NCBI GenBank assembly: GCA_001643675.2
Contig: LSRY02000009.1
Span: forward strand, 1,426,001 to 1,490,000
DNA from: Monocercomonoides exilis PA203
Lineage: Eukaryota; Protista; Preaxostyla
Direction of reading: 5' to 3'
DNA: 64,000 bases
Under the pieces are notes generated by a model. The model searched no databases. It saw only the letters and a program-made list of their open reading frames with translations, and was not told the DNA's origin. Of this stretch, positions 39,310 to 52,679 are shown in pieces. The translations under genes were made by a program, and so were the position numbers. Position 1 is the stretch's first letter, and every line of letters begins with the position of its first letter.

Positions 39310-40553
39310 ATTAATTGTTATGCTATGTTTTGTTATTTTTCAAAATAACAGTCAGTTATGCTTGTATTTATCTTTTTTTAAATTCAATAAGTGATTGCCG
39401 TATTTATATTCCTTCCTTTTTTCACTGTTTGTGAGAGATTAATTAATCAATCAAACACACATCTTTTTTTGAAAACTTTTTATTTTATTTTGTTTTGTTT
39501 TCCTTTCATGATTCTTTTTGTATAAACATTTCGTCCAATAATCAGATAAATAGCAAATTTTTGAAAAATGAAATAAAATGTTTGCATTTATGTGATTCTT
39601 TTAATATTGCAATTGCAATTTCTCTTTGACAATTTTCCTCAGTATCATTTTTTGTGTTGTGTTTTTTCAAATGGAAAATTCTTTTTTTATGCTCACAAAC
39701 AACAACAAAAATCAATCAGCTCATAAGTTTTTCAATAATTAATTTCAATTATTTTTTCAGTTAATTGTTCTCAGTCTTTGCTTCAATTATAATTTTTGTG
39801 AATCATGTTTGACGAATTTTTGAAAAGCAGTTGAAAGACAATTCTATTTTCAATCACTTTTTTCTTTTCTTTTCTTTTCTTTTGACTCGTGGACAAAGTG
39901 AACAGAAGTATCTCAGCTTTGATTTTTTCTTTTGATCATTGGAAAATCGTATTTTCCACGAATCATCTTCCAGCTTCACCACCACATGCTTGGATTGCTT
40001 TGATCGCCACACCAGCTGCGTTATTAATGATGGCAGCACAGACAAATCAAACAGATCAAAGAATGGTAAAAATGCATTTACATCAGTTGCTGTTAAATAT
40101 TCTCTTGCTCCCCGTCTTCGTTCCCTTTAACGCTGTTTGTGAAGAAAGAAGCTGAAACAGCTGAACTGAAAGCATAGCCAAAAGTGCGTCAATACAAACT
40201 CACGCACAACATCCCCATACAACACAACCAGCTGTGTAACGCCATATCCCTCGAAGCATCTGCAGCGCCCGCTGCAACAGCAGCGGCAACAAAAGCAGCA
40301 GCAGCAGCTACAATCTGCATGTGCTGCATATACACCCCAGCTGCCTCAGACACCACAATCAGCAGCCGCCTCTCGATGTCTTCTATTTCTTCTGCAGATC
40401 TGCATGCTGCTCCAGTTGAAAAAGAAGAAGACGGCAAAGAAGAAGAAGTCTATGACGTTGACAAAAATGGAAACGATTGTGAATGTTCATCTCCAGCTGG
40501 TACTTATCTTCGCATCCTGACTGGAGAAGCAGACCAGTGGGCTGTTTCAGTTA

Positions 40554-40586
<33 letters not shown>

Positions 40587-40597
40587 ATGATGAGATG

Positions 40598-40666
40598 GAA
40601 GAAGAAGAAGAAGAAGAAGAAGAAGAAGAAGAAGAAGAAGAAGAAGAAGAAGAAGAAGAAGAAGAA
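40598..40666. repeat. (GAA)n microsatellite
   Basis: Perfect trinucleotide run. Confidence 0.95.
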
Positions 40667-40669
40667 AAA

Positions 40670-41241
40670 GAAGGAGAAGAAGGAGGAGAAGGAGAAAGAA
40701 TGGAAGATTACAACAGAACTGGTTGTGAAGAGGAAGAAAGTTATGTAACTGTTCTAACTGCTCCGTCGGCTTCAGCTTCTTCCTCAAATAACATGAGTTT
40801 AAATACAAATCAGATGGAAGATTCTGCAGGTTCAGTATCTTCTTTCTTTTCGGCTTTCTTCTTCTTCTTCTTCTTTTACAAATTCAATTTCATTAATGCC
40901 TCTTCTTCTTCCTCTTCCACTTTTTGTTTGCTTTTCAAAGATTCTCACTCCTGAAACAAACAAAAAAATCAGCTACAAACAGCGCTTGGCGTTCAATCTG
41001 AATTTAAAAGCGAAACTTCAGATGCACAGCTGATGGCTGAGCTGAAGGAGAAATTGATGTCTTTTTGCGTATTTTGCAGACATTCTCTTTGGAAGTGCTG
41101 AAGACAAGCTGCATGGAAATGTCCGCCTTGTGCCGACGGTTGGGACGACTTTCACAAATTCGATTATCCGTACATGAAGAAAGTGGATATGGAAGGAGAA
41201 AAAGATGACAATGAAGAAGGAGAAGGTGAAAAAGAAGAAGA
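40670..41241 (+). repeat. ~570-bp direct repeat, copy A
   Basis: Apparently identical to 49957-50528 (offset 9287 bp); bounded by GAA runs. Confidence 0.92.
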
Positions 41242-43873
41242 CTATGTTGATGATGGTAATGTTCATGAGTGAGAAGTAGAAGTAGAAATTGAAGTTGAAG
41301 AAGAAGAAGAAGAAGAAAAACAAGAAGAAAAACAAGAAGAAAAACAAGAAGAAAAACAAGAAGACGAGAATGACAGTGATTATGATATGGAAAAGGATAA
41401 GAAATGTTATTTTCTGAGGAAATTTTTGTTGTTGTTTGTTAGAGAGAAATATACAAATACATTTTGCTTATCTTTCTCTTTATCTTTTCCATTTTTTCCC
41501 TCTCTTTTTCACAATTTTCCTCATCTCCATTCATTTTTTTCCTTCTTTCTTCAACTTTATCAGTTCAATCTTTTCTCTCCATCTCTCTTTTCTCTGTCAA
41601 AATTCTATCCCTCTTTGCACAAATCATCTGTTTGCTATTTTCCTTCTTTCTCCTTTTCCTTTGATCCTTTTCTTTTGCTCCTTTTCCTTTGCTTCTTTTC
41701 CTTCTCCTTTGCTTCTTCTGCTGAAATCCTCAAAACCCCACGTGTTTTCATTTTTGAACCACATCCAGAGAATTATAAATGCTGCAGAAATATTTCCCTT
41801 CATTTAATTGTCCCCGTTTTCATTTTATCTTTCTGCTTCTTTTTCTTCTCATTCACTCAATTCATTTTTCTCTCTGGAGATTCCCCTTTTCAGAGCATCT
41901 TTTTGGTATTTTGAAGATAAAATTTATCCAAACGTTTTCTTCATCTTATCTCAAAGCGAATATTTTGGTGCAATACTTTTCTCTTCTTTCTCTGTATCTT
42001 TTCTTCTTTTCTTCTTTTCCTCTGTGTCATTCCGTTTTCTTCTTTCCAACTTCTTCTTTCTTTCTTTTTCTCTCTTTCTCTTTCTCTTTCTTTCTCCAAT
42101 GGCATGATTCTCTCTTTCTCTTTCCAGAATTGTTCGGTTCTCCCTCTTTCTTCTTTAATTGTTATTCTTTCCTCCATTACCACTCATAGCAACTTTTCTT
42201 TTCCACAATCACTTTTTTCCTTATTTTCCAGTCAATTGCTGCATCTTCTCTCCGTTTTCTCTTCTCCTTTTGGAAATCCTCCTATTTTTGATTCCAATTC
42301 AAAGTTTCTGGAATCCATTTCACATTTTATTCATCCTATTCTGCTAATTGCATCAAAATTGTGAGCCTTGCCATAAAATCTTCCAGTTGCATATTTCCAT
42401 CAAACAGTTTTCTGAAATGACAAAGAAAGATAAATAACATGAAAATTTTGTTGCTTTTTTGAATGTGAATGCCCAGCCAGCCCATCAGCCCCAACAAATA
42501 AGTCGCTTCTGCCAAACACTCTCAACAAATAAGCCAAACAAACTGCTTTTTCTCCCTTTCAAGCTCATGTCAAGCATTGTAAGGCTATGCATCACACAAA
42601 CCAGATGGTAGAAGTCACGAATATCATCATTGAATGTAATGCAAATATGAACAATCTCATAAACTTCTGAATCTTTCGCGAAATGCAAAGAAGGCGTTTC
42701 TTTCTATGGCATTCCTGTTCATAGTCATTCTGTATTCATTCAAATATCACCTTTAAATAAAAATGAATGAAATAAAAAAAGTCAAACCATCTTTTTGGCC
42801 TCGAAATATTTTCCCATCTCCAATGCACTTGAAATGATCAATCCAGCAGTCTTCCTTGTTCTCCAAAATTGCCTCTTGCCACATTTTAAAAAAAAGAAAA
42901 CTGGTCAATAAATGGCTGGCATAGATCGTCATCGAAAGCAGAGAATTCTTTATGAACCCGATTATGAAGTAAAGTGAAAGTTCACATAATCCAAATAAAC
43001 AAGAAATCAACTCTTTTTTATTGATTTATTCAATGCCAAGTCTTCGCTGATGGCATGCCAGTAGGATTCATGCAAAATGCAAATGAGATTGTAATTGAGG
43101 ACTGCTGAGTGCTTCGTTCTGTTCGCTTCCTCCATTGTCCAACCCCCAATTCCCTTTCCTTTTCCACAAAACCAACCTCCCAATAAAAAAATCACACAAA
43201 ACAAGTCCTGCGCAAAAGATATGCCGAGTGAAACACATTTCCCACAAAATAAACAAGCCGTTGAATTCAATCCTACAGAAACATTCTACTCGCTTTTTCT
43301 GCATCTTGCTTGAGTTATTTTTCATTCAAAATCTTGCAGTCGATGTTACACCATATGTTTTGCAATATATTTATAAGTCTAAATATATGCAATTTCCCCT
43401 ATCAATTTCCTTTTTGCAAGCAATCGTTGCAAACAGCCATCCGCTCCTCCTTCTGTTAACAAAATCCATGCCCTTCTGCAGTGCTATATCTCGCATGAGC
43501 GCATTTGTAATCGTGGTTCTAAGCACTTAAACACGCCCTTATTGCAGACAATCACCAATATAAAATCTTCACTTATAAAATTATAGGTTGTTAACCCTTA
43601 TTTATTTGTTCAAAAACTAGATTATTTTGTTTCACAGATTAACTTGTTTTGAGACAAAAATCATTTATGACAAAAGAGGTTTCGAAACCTACATTATTTA
43701 AAAAATTTTGATTTGGTTTTTTTAATTCTATTGATTCTATTGCACCACAAATATTTCGAAAATGAATTTATTAACTGTTTTGAATTCAATTCGCAATTTT
43801 GCAGTCACCTTCAAAAATACAAATGTTTATAGGTTTGCAACGTTTTATAAGAAATAGTTTGTTTTAAAAATGA

Positions 43874-45225
43874 ATGAATGTTTTTTCTCTTTTGATTTTT
43901 TCACTTTTTTTTGAGAAACTTTCACGGCTGGAACAATTCACTGAAAAAGAACAGAAACAGAAAATCGTTGAAATGAATGAAATACTTGATGAAATGAATA
44001 AAGAAGAAATTAAGGATATTTTCAGCAAAGAACTGTTCAATGAAATACATAAAATGATTGAAGAAAAGAAATTGTCGATGGGAAATGCAATTTTGCTGCT
44101 GAAGCACATTGGATATTTGCGAACCTCGAGAAGAATGTTTATTTGTGGCTTTGAAGAATCTTCATTGGGCAAAAGATTTGAAAATAGGATTTTTAACGAG
44201 AATAAGAAAAAAGAAGGAAAGAACGAAAAGCTTCTTGGTGATCTTTGCGAATGCTTATTTTTGCTTGCAGGCATGTTTTCTTCGGAATTGTTTTCAATCT
44301 GTGTACCCTGCCTGTTGAAATTTGCCTTGAAGAAAGATGAAGACGAGGAAATTCAAAAAGAAGTTGAAATGGCTTAACTGGCTTTGAGCAATATTGTTTT
44401 AAGTGTATGTTTATTTCTATTTCATTTTTGAAGTTATTGATTTTTTCCGATTTTTATTAGGAAGTGCCAAAAGAACTGCATTTGAATGAAATCAAAGAGA
44501 TAATCCAATATTATCAAGAGCATCACAACCTCACTCGACTTGCCTATCAGTCTGCTTGGGACTTTTTGATTTTCAGATTGGTCAATGATGAAAGCTTGGA
44601 TGAAGTGATTGCGAATGAGCTGCATTTTGGAAGAGAGTCAACAAAAGAACTGGAAGTGCTAACAAGAAATGTGGATTGGAAGAGGAAAGAAGAAGAAATG
44701 AAAAAAGAAGAAGCGAATGAAGTGCTTGTAATCACGGGATGGACGAAAACAACAAAGTCCTATTTTTCATGTTGTCAATTGCGGAATGAAGAATTTGTAG
44801 GGCTTCTTGGAAGCATTGTTCAGATATATCGAACAGCGAAGGATAATTACGAAGAAATTAGATACTGGTGCGTTTTTTCCTTGAGAAATGCCGCAGGTAA
44901 CGGATTTGTACCAGTTGATGACTTGCTGAAAGGAGGAGCAACCAATACTGTTTTGGAGGAGATGCAGCAACGAACATTGAAAGATAAAATGGCAAGAGAA
45001 AACTTGCATTTCTTTTTGAGTGTTTCAGAAAGATTGAAAGAAGAGAAAAAAGATGAAAAGGCAGAAGCAGAAAGAAAGAAAACCAAAAGGAAGGTGCTTG
45101 AAAAGATAGAAGAAGAAGGATACGAGGATATCATCACAAGTTTTCATGGAACTTTTTGTTTGCTGAGCAGAAAACACTATCCTCTTTTGTCGTTGGATGT
45201 TTCAGTTTATTTTGTAAACGTTTAG
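43874..45225 (+). pseudogene. Expanded alpha-helical protein family member with an intron and one nonsense codon
   Basis: EQKQKIVEMNE...KEVEMA*LALSNI; GT-AG intron ~44403-44460; YQEHHNLTRLAYQSAW...EEEGYEDII. Confidence 0.8.
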
Positions 45226-45531
45226 CCAAATTCTTTTCATTTGGCTTTGTTTCTCAAATTTTCAATTTTTCTTTTTTTCATCATTTCACTGACGCCAAAG
45301 ATCATTCAAAATGAAAAGCTTTCATTCAAGTTATTAATTTTATAAGCATAATTTAGTTAACAAACAAATAAATAAATGCAAAAATCAAATTCTCCTTTAT
45401 GGATGGGCATTTATTCAGCATATAAATATTCTTTGTGAATGAGCGAACGATTGAAAGAAATTTCATTTTGAAAAAGAAAATATGAAATTCACTTTCTTCT
45501 CTTCGATCTGAGAGTTTGTAGTAATTGGGAT

Positions 45532-46780
45532 TTATGGATAACTTTCTGAATTTTCTCTTTCCATCATTTCTTTTCGTCTCTGTGATCTTGTTCGAATAAT
45601 AAACTGGATGCATTTTTCTTCGATGATTTCATTTTCGTTTTTAACATTTTCATTGTTCGTGGCATTTGATTGCTTTTCGTGGATAGATTGAGACTCATTA
45701 TCATCTGGTTCTTCAATACGGTCTGGTTGTGAGATCTCTTCTCTTGCTTTCTCTGTTTCATGGCCTTCTGGCATACTTGATTGTTGATTGATGGGAATAA
45801 TGGAATCCTTTTCGTCTGGTGTGGATGTGGATGGAGGAATTGTGGAAGGCTGTTGAATTGTTTCATTTGCCTCCTGATTCGATGAAATTATCTGTGCCAT
45901 CTTGTTTGATATGTTGGATTTGAAATAATGCTTTATCACTGTGTTGCTTCTGGGGGATAATCTTGCGAATTTTGCCACCTGTTCGACTGGGGTTCCCGCC
46001 ATTGTTAAGGCTGATATAGAGGCATGTTTCAAGGTGTATGGGCTGTTGTTCGAAGGGATTCTTGCATATTTCATCATTTCGCTGGCTGCTTTTCGTATTG
46101 CACGGGCCTTCATTGGATCATATGTTGAAGAGCTCAGAAATAGTTTATTGGCAGTTGGATTGTGAATTTTCACCCGATCCCATTGATCTTTAACGGCTGT
46201 TGCTGGACATATCAAACTTTCCTTGCTGAGGAATGGGATGACAATGTTGCTTCTTTCAAGTCCACTTTTGAGTGATGCATTCAGGTTAATTGATTGCTTA
46301 TCTATTTCTGATTCCTTTAGATTAATTCTTTCCAGTTCTGTGAAGCGGCACGCAGAGAACATCATGCACAAACAAATTGTTTTCTTCGTAAGCTGTGAGA
46401 ATGACAAATTTTCGTTCTTTCCAATCGTTTCTATATACGTGAATAGTTGTTGAGGGTTTTTACATATAATCTTGTCTCTTTTTCTTTCTGCATTCCGATC
46501 TCCTGAATGATCTAAACAGGATTGAAATCAAGGTGTTCTCCCCAAGTGATTTTCCGTATAATACTGATGTTAGGAAGGAAATTGCAGATCTGACAATTCT
46601 CAATAAAAAGCTTTCATTCCGTTGTTTTTCAAGGCGACAAACACATCCAAGCATCTTTTTTGCCAAATCTGAAATTTTGAAGGGATGTCTTTGAATTTCA
46701 ACTGATCCCATCCGTCTTTGAAATGTGTGAAACCACAAGTGTATCCCATCCATGTGGCACTTGCGACACTGTTTTTGCAC
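45532..46780 (-). pseudogene. DIRS tyrosine recombinase (frameshifted)
   Basis: FSACRFTEL, CPATAV, PYTLKHAS and IKHY motifs; N-terminal SAM-like part in ORFs 46460-46780 and 46600-47163. Confidence 0.85.
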
Positions 46781-46859
46781 TCTTCGGCTTGTTCATGTGA
46801 CATGCTTCTTGATGCCAAAATCTCATTCCACCACGATTCTCCCTTTTCGGTTATGGATT

Positions 46860-48750
46860 GATTACGCATATCCTCAGTCTCCCTGGAGGAAGCGTTGCAT
46901 TCATTAGCTTCATCTATCTTCCTTCCCTGATTATCTCCTCCGTTCTCCTCCATGTCCAAGAGATGTGATTTGTGTTGTTCAGAAGTGGTTCCCATTTCTG
47001 ACCCTTCTAATCGGGAAGAAGAAGGAGAACTCGAGCTCTCTCCATCGCTGCTTTTCGGATCACTGCTGGAATCAGAGGAACTGGTAGATGCGCAAGAACC
47101 GTCTCGTTTCTCCATGAAATTTGTAACCCGTCTTGACTTTGATTGCTTCCCTGCCCGCACCATTTCGTTGATTTTGAGTTTTCTTTTGTTGCGAAGGCAT
47201 CGAGTGTGATGCGCATCTGAAGCTGATTGGGGATCTCTTCGAGTGCTTCTTGTTCAACTTCGTAATCTCCTCCTTTAACCAATCTCGATAGTCCATCTGC
47301 TCTGACGTTTCTCTCTCCGGAAATATGTTGAGCTTTCACAACAACTTTCAGCGCTTGGGTTTGATTTCACATTTTCTTCTGAAGGGTTCTGAGATTCGGA
47401 CCCGCTCCCCTTCGATTCAGATTGCAAACTGCTGTTGTGTTGTCTGATCGAATAAGCAGATTTCCTATTTCTTGATTTCGAACGGAATTTGAGAAATGCG
47501 CGATGACTTGATTTATTGCGAATAGCTCTCTGTAATTGGAACTTTGGTTTCTAATTGGAGGTGGAAGAGGTTTGTGAAAGTCCAGCATTTGATTGTTGAT
47601 TTTTTGTGTTGAGCCCATGGCAAACCCTGATGCATCTGTCGTAAGAATTGCTTCTGGTCGAAACACAGGATTCAATTTCCTTGGTTGGTTCTCTTTCAGC
47701 CTTTCGCTCCACTTCCAGAGGCAATTTGTTATCGATGCTTTCACGCGCATTTTTCCTTTCCATCCATTCAGACTCAAAGCTTTGTTTGGGAGTTTGTACA
47801 GTTGTGACAAATTCAGGGAGGCTTCTTGATACACGAATCTGGTTGCATTCAGTTTCCCTATCAACGAGGCAATCTTCTTTATCGAAACAACTCTTTTGTA
47901 CTGGGAAATCCTCCTCCATTTCTTGCGATCTTTCATCAGCTCAACTCTCTTCGATTCCTTCATCAGTAATACACACTGATTGGTATCCCATTGGAAGCCC
48001 AAAAATTTGAACTGCTGACTTGGAATTAAATGACATTTTTCTGAATTGACTAATAGTCCCAATTTGTTGAACATCAATAGGGTTTTCTCCACAATAATAT
48101 TGATTTCCTGTGGGTGTGAATGAAGAAGAACAATATCGTCCAGGTATGCAATTGTTCTCACACCCCATTCCTCCCTCATGTATTTTAGGACTTTTCTCAT
48201 CACTTTTGTGAACGTTCGAGGAGCATCTTTGAATCCGAAAGGCATTCCGTGGAAAGCGTAGTATCTTCTTTTGAAAACGAACGAAAGGAATGGCGATAAT
48301 TCTTAGCTGATTTTTATAAGATAATAAGCTTGGCTAAAGTCCATCGTGACTGTGTAATCCTTTTCTTGTATGATTTTCTCCACTGTTCTGTGGTCTTCTT
48401 GCTTGTAATAAATCGTCTTGATTGAATTATTGAGTCTTCGGCAATCCACGATTTGCCTCCAGCCACCGTCTTTCTTTCTGATAACAAACACTGGATTCAA
48501 ATGCTTCACATCCTTCTCCTGAATCGGCTTGATGATATTTGTTTCCAGTTGCTTCTTGATCATCTCTGAAAAGGCTTGTTGGGCTTCTTGACTCTGATGC
48601 TCCAAAGGGTTGAATACTCCTGTTTTCTTGAGTGATTCCTTCGAGGCTTTGCTCCTCCATACTGGGATTACTCCTTTCCCAATAATTCGTGATCCTCCAA
48701 TTTTTTCCCATTCTTCTCGAAATAAACAAGTTCTTCCTCCAACCATTGCC
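46860..48750 (-). pseudogene. DIRS reverse transcriptase / RNase H / methyltransferase-like polyprotein (interrupted)
   Basis: VGGR, RQIVDCR, DFSQAYY, MPFG, YLDD, TTDAS, ELFA, RSDNTTAV, NVRADGLSR and TLDAFA motifs; stops at 48303 and 47367. Confidence 0.9.
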
Positions 48751-48904
48751 TCTTGTCGGACTTCTTCGGGCTGTTGAATGCTGTTCGTTTCTTCTATTGG
48801 AATTTTCGTTCCCCTGATTGTCTTCTTATAGCGAAACCTGAAGCTCTTGTCCGCAGCCGGCTTTGGTTTTGTTATCTTGACAACCAGGGAGCTGCTTGAA
48901 AAAA

Positions 48905-49636
48905 TCACTTGCTTACTGATCTTCTGGTTGGAATTGTTCTGACTCTTATCGAACTTCTTCTCACAGGCCAACTTGTTGTTTGCAGCTTGAATTGTTGACT
49001 CTTTTCTGTTTTTCTCCATTCTTCAAGAACTTCTGATTGCCTTTGAGTAAGAAGACTGGTAGCTGCACTCTCCTTCATCTGTGCAGCTGCCCTAAAGCCG
49101 AATCTTCCTTGAATTCTTACAGTTCTTGCTTCCTTCGGAGCTTTTGAAACTAATAAAATTGTATCTGCAATTGATCCTTTTTCGTCATCTTTTTCTTTTA
49201 ATTTCGCATGTGTGTAAAGCAGAATTTTAATGGCCGGATATAGAAACGCTTCAGTTCGCTCGCCTGCCTTATCCAATGCGTCGTTCATCCAATTATCTGT
49301 TCTCGAAGCTGCAGGAGGGGCCTTTGGCAGAAATGGACTTAAATCATCTTCCTTCAGGTCAATAATAAGATCTTCCAAATATCTTTCTGGTAAATCCATA
49401 TCATATAAGCTGCAATCCGGATCTCTGAGAAATATTGTTTTAAAACGATTTTCCAGAAGCAAACAATCCTCGCCATGGCTTTCTTTTGCTTCTGAAGCTC
49501 CCGGGATCTGTTGGGAAAATTCAGAACTGGAATGAGAAATCATACTCGAAAATATCTCTCCCGGAGGTCCATTTGACATCATCAATGTGGTAGAATTCAA
49601 CGCGGGTCCAGTGCTGAGTGGAGAGCTATGGAGCAT
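48905..49636 (-). CDS. DIRS ORF1 (gag-like), frameshifted near its 3' end
   Basis: RTDNWMNDALD and EARTVRIQGRFGFRAA are shared with ORF 57868-58782; lies 5' of RT. Confidence 0.7.
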   Translation of the reverse strand: MLHSSPLSTGPALNSTTLMMSNGPPGEIFSSMISHSSSEFSQQIPGASEAKESHGEDCLLLENRFKTIFLRDPDCSLYDMDLPERYLEDLIIDLKEDDLSPFLPKAPPAASRTDNWMNDALDKAGERTEAFLYPAIKILLYTHAKLKEKDDEKGSIADTILLVSKAPKEARTVRIQGRFGFRAAAQMKESAATSLLTQRQSEVLEEWRKTEKSQQFKLQTTSWPVRRSSIRVRTIPTRRSVSK

Positions 49637-49956
49637 TCTTTTTTCAGATTCTCCGTGACTGACCCTTAAGTGATACTCTCAGATCGAAGAGAAGAAAGTG
49701 AATGAATGTTTTCTTGCAAGTCAAAATGCTTGCGTTTTGATTAGTCGCAAAAATCACGATTATATTGAAATATATATTTTTAGAAAGAAAAAAAAATTAA
49801 TTTGAATGCAAACGTTCTCATAATTAATTATTTTTGGTGTAATTGTAAAATAAATATCATGTGAAGCCATCTTAAAAATCAGAATATGAAAATAAGAAAG
49901 AAGAAGAAGAAGAAGAAGAAGAAGAAGAAGAAGAAGAAGAAGAAGAAGAAGAAGAA

Positions 49957-50528
49957 GAAGGAGAAGAAGGAGGAGAAGGAGAAAGAATGGAAGATTACAA
50001 CAGAACTGGTTGTGAAGAGGAAGAAAGTTATGTAACTGTTCTAACTGCTCCGTCGGCTTCAGCTTCTTCCTCAAATAACATGAGTTTAAATACAAATCAG
50101 ATGGAAGATTCTGCAGGTTCAGTATCTTCTTTCTTTTCGGCTTTCTTCTTCTTCTTCTTCTTTTACAAATTCAATTTCATTAATGCCTCTTCTTCTTCCT
50201 CTTCCACTTTTTGTTTGCTTTTCAAAGATTCTCACTCCTGAAACAAACAAAAAAATCAGCTACAAACAGCGCTTGGCGTTCAATCTGAATTTAAAAGCGA
50301 AACTTCAGATGCACAGCTGATGGCTGAGCTGAAGGAGAAATTGATGTCTTTTTGCGTATTTTGCAGACATTCTCTTTGGAAGTGCTGAAGACAAGCTGCA
50401 TGGAAATGTCCGCCTTGTGCCGACGGTTGGGACGACTTTCACAAATTCGATTATCCGTACATGAAGAAAGTGGATATGGAAGGAGAAAAAGATGACAATG
50501 AAGAAGGAGAAGGTGAAAAAGAAGAAGA
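49957..50528 (+). repeat. ~570-bp direct repeat, copy B
   Basis: Apparently identical to 40670-41241. Confidence 0.92.
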
Positions 50529-50542
50529 AGAAGAAGAAGAAG

Positions 50543-50612
<70 letters not shown>
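50543..50612. repeat. (AAT)n microsatellite
   Basis: Trinucleotide run. Confidence 0.95.
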
Positions 50613-50616
<4 letters not shown>

Positions 50617-50981
50617 GATAATGATGAAGAAGAAGAAGAAGAAGAAGAAGATGATGATGATGAATGAATGAATGAATGAATGAAGGTGTTAACTTTCATG
50701 TCTTTCATCAGATGATTTTGTTGAGAGACAAATGAGAAGATCAATTCAGAATTGGTGAGCGCTGCAGTTGCTGTCATCTGCTCAATCATCTGGCCAAAAT
50801 GACAAATTCACAGCAACCTTCATTCTCTTTGCAGACATTTCAATGAAGGCACAAATGTTTGCCTATCCAATCTCAAAAGCTGAAAGTCTGTGAAACTCCA
50901 ATTTCAAATGAAAAACGGATCCGAAAGTTTTATTTTTTTGTTGAGTCCTCTTGCCTCTCTTCATTTCCCTTTCGATAATTG

Positions 50982-51101
50982 AAAAATAAAATAAAAATAA
51001 AATAAAATAAAATAAAATAAAAAATAAAAAATAAAAAATAAAAAATAAAATAAAATAAAATAAAATAAAATAAAATAAAATAAAATAAAATAAAATAAAA
51101 T
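50982..51101. repeat. (AAAAT)n microsatellite
   Basis: Pentanucleotide run. Confidence 0.92.
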
Positions 51102-52679
51102 GCATTTTCAACATTCGCTTAAAGTATCAATTCTCAAACAAATTTCTTTGTTTCCATTTCATTTCTCCGGCAATCTCTGATTCAGATATCAAATGCAAAG
51201 ATATTCTATAAGACGATATGAATCATGATAATGTAGAAAAAGCTGCGTGAAATGTTGATGCATTTGAAGCAAATGTAGAAAATGACGACGAATGAATTGC
51301 ATGAAATGGTAAATTGTTGAAGTTCGAAAATTGAGAAGATGAGAGCCAATTGATGTCAACGGAGAAATTCATTAAAATTCTCTTCTTCTTTCCTTTTTTT
51401 CTTCTTCTGCCGAGGAGAAACCTCTGAATCCTTTTCACTTTCAGCTCAATCTCTTTCCCTCTCTTTAGCAAAGAGTAGGAAATATTGAGTAATCTCTTTT
51501 TCATTTCATCTCTTAAGCTTTCAATTCCCCTTCTCTAACAAAAAATCATCTTTCCTCAAAAATAATTCTTTGTCAAAGCCCAACGCCAGGCATCTTCGAA
51601 ATATCTTGAATTTCATCTGTCTGTCTGTATTTTTCTTCCCCACTTTTCTTTTTCTTCTTCAAAGCCAGCTTATCTTTCGCTCTATCAACTTCCTGAACTA
51701 AAAATAATCGCTTCAAAAAAATAACAACAGCTAACCTTATAAACATTTTTAAAGGCAATTTTCTGTTTAATATTGAATTGGCAACTGCTTTCTTCAATTC
51801 AATTTCATTATTCCTTCGATTTTGAATTGTTCCATCATCTAATTCGCTTATTATCCTTTTCAGATGTCATTTCTCCCTCAAAGGAGTCGAGTTCCGACTT
51901 TTCGAGGAAAAGAAATTCCTATAATTTCTATTAAATTCCATTTTGTTTCAACGAAAAACAAAACAAAATTCAACACCGTCAAGCATCTTCTTCTTGAACA
52001 GAAGATACTGCACAAATTTTCCTCACTCGAAATTCTGCACTGAAAGGTGGATGCAGCCATTTATAAAAAAATGTCATGTTTCTGGTTCCTGAAATGATGG
52101 TGAACGGAGACATCTTTAAAATGAATAGGAGTTATATAAGGGCATACGTGATGTTGTGTCTATCAATAATTTATAACTGTAACTGTTTGGTCGCACATGA
52201 ATGAAAAACAACGCATCAATTAACCAAAACGAATATGTCGTCATCAACGAAACATAAAGTTACAGGAAAAAATTGTTCTTATGATGACGATATATTTCAT
52301 TCGTCAATTTTTCATTCAAACAGGGAATATTTTTGTTCCAAGAAAACGATACGATCAATTCATCCATTACAGCAAATTGAAGAAGAAAAAGATTTTTTTT
52401 TCTTTCATTAAAAATTGCCAAAATGTTAACACGAGATGAAACGGTGTGAATTCATAGATTTTTGTGATTGTTTTGTGTTTTTATTTTCCATCTGCTTCTT
52501 CTATTCGATCATACACGAATTCAATGTGAATGATAAAAATGCTGTTGTTTTCTGGTACATTATTTCTTTAAAACACAGACGGAATTCAACACAAAAAAAT
52601 TCACTGGTTTGCAGATATTGTTATGCTTGAATCCTTGATTGTTGAGGTTTTATTTTATTATTTATATTTGTTTGAAGAG

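Larger units (their letters stand above)
45465..49762 (-). mobile_element. DIRS-type tyrosine-recombinase retrotransposon, copy 1 (degenerate)
   Basis: gag-like, RT, RNase H, MT-like and YR coding regions; 29-bp inverted repeat 45487-45515 / 49675-49703. Outer ends are approximate. Confidence 0.88.

Noticed and set aside
41387-43530. Phe/Ser-rich ORFs or a transposase remnant
   Set aside because: Compositional ORFs from pyrimidine-rich DNA; no motif I can support.
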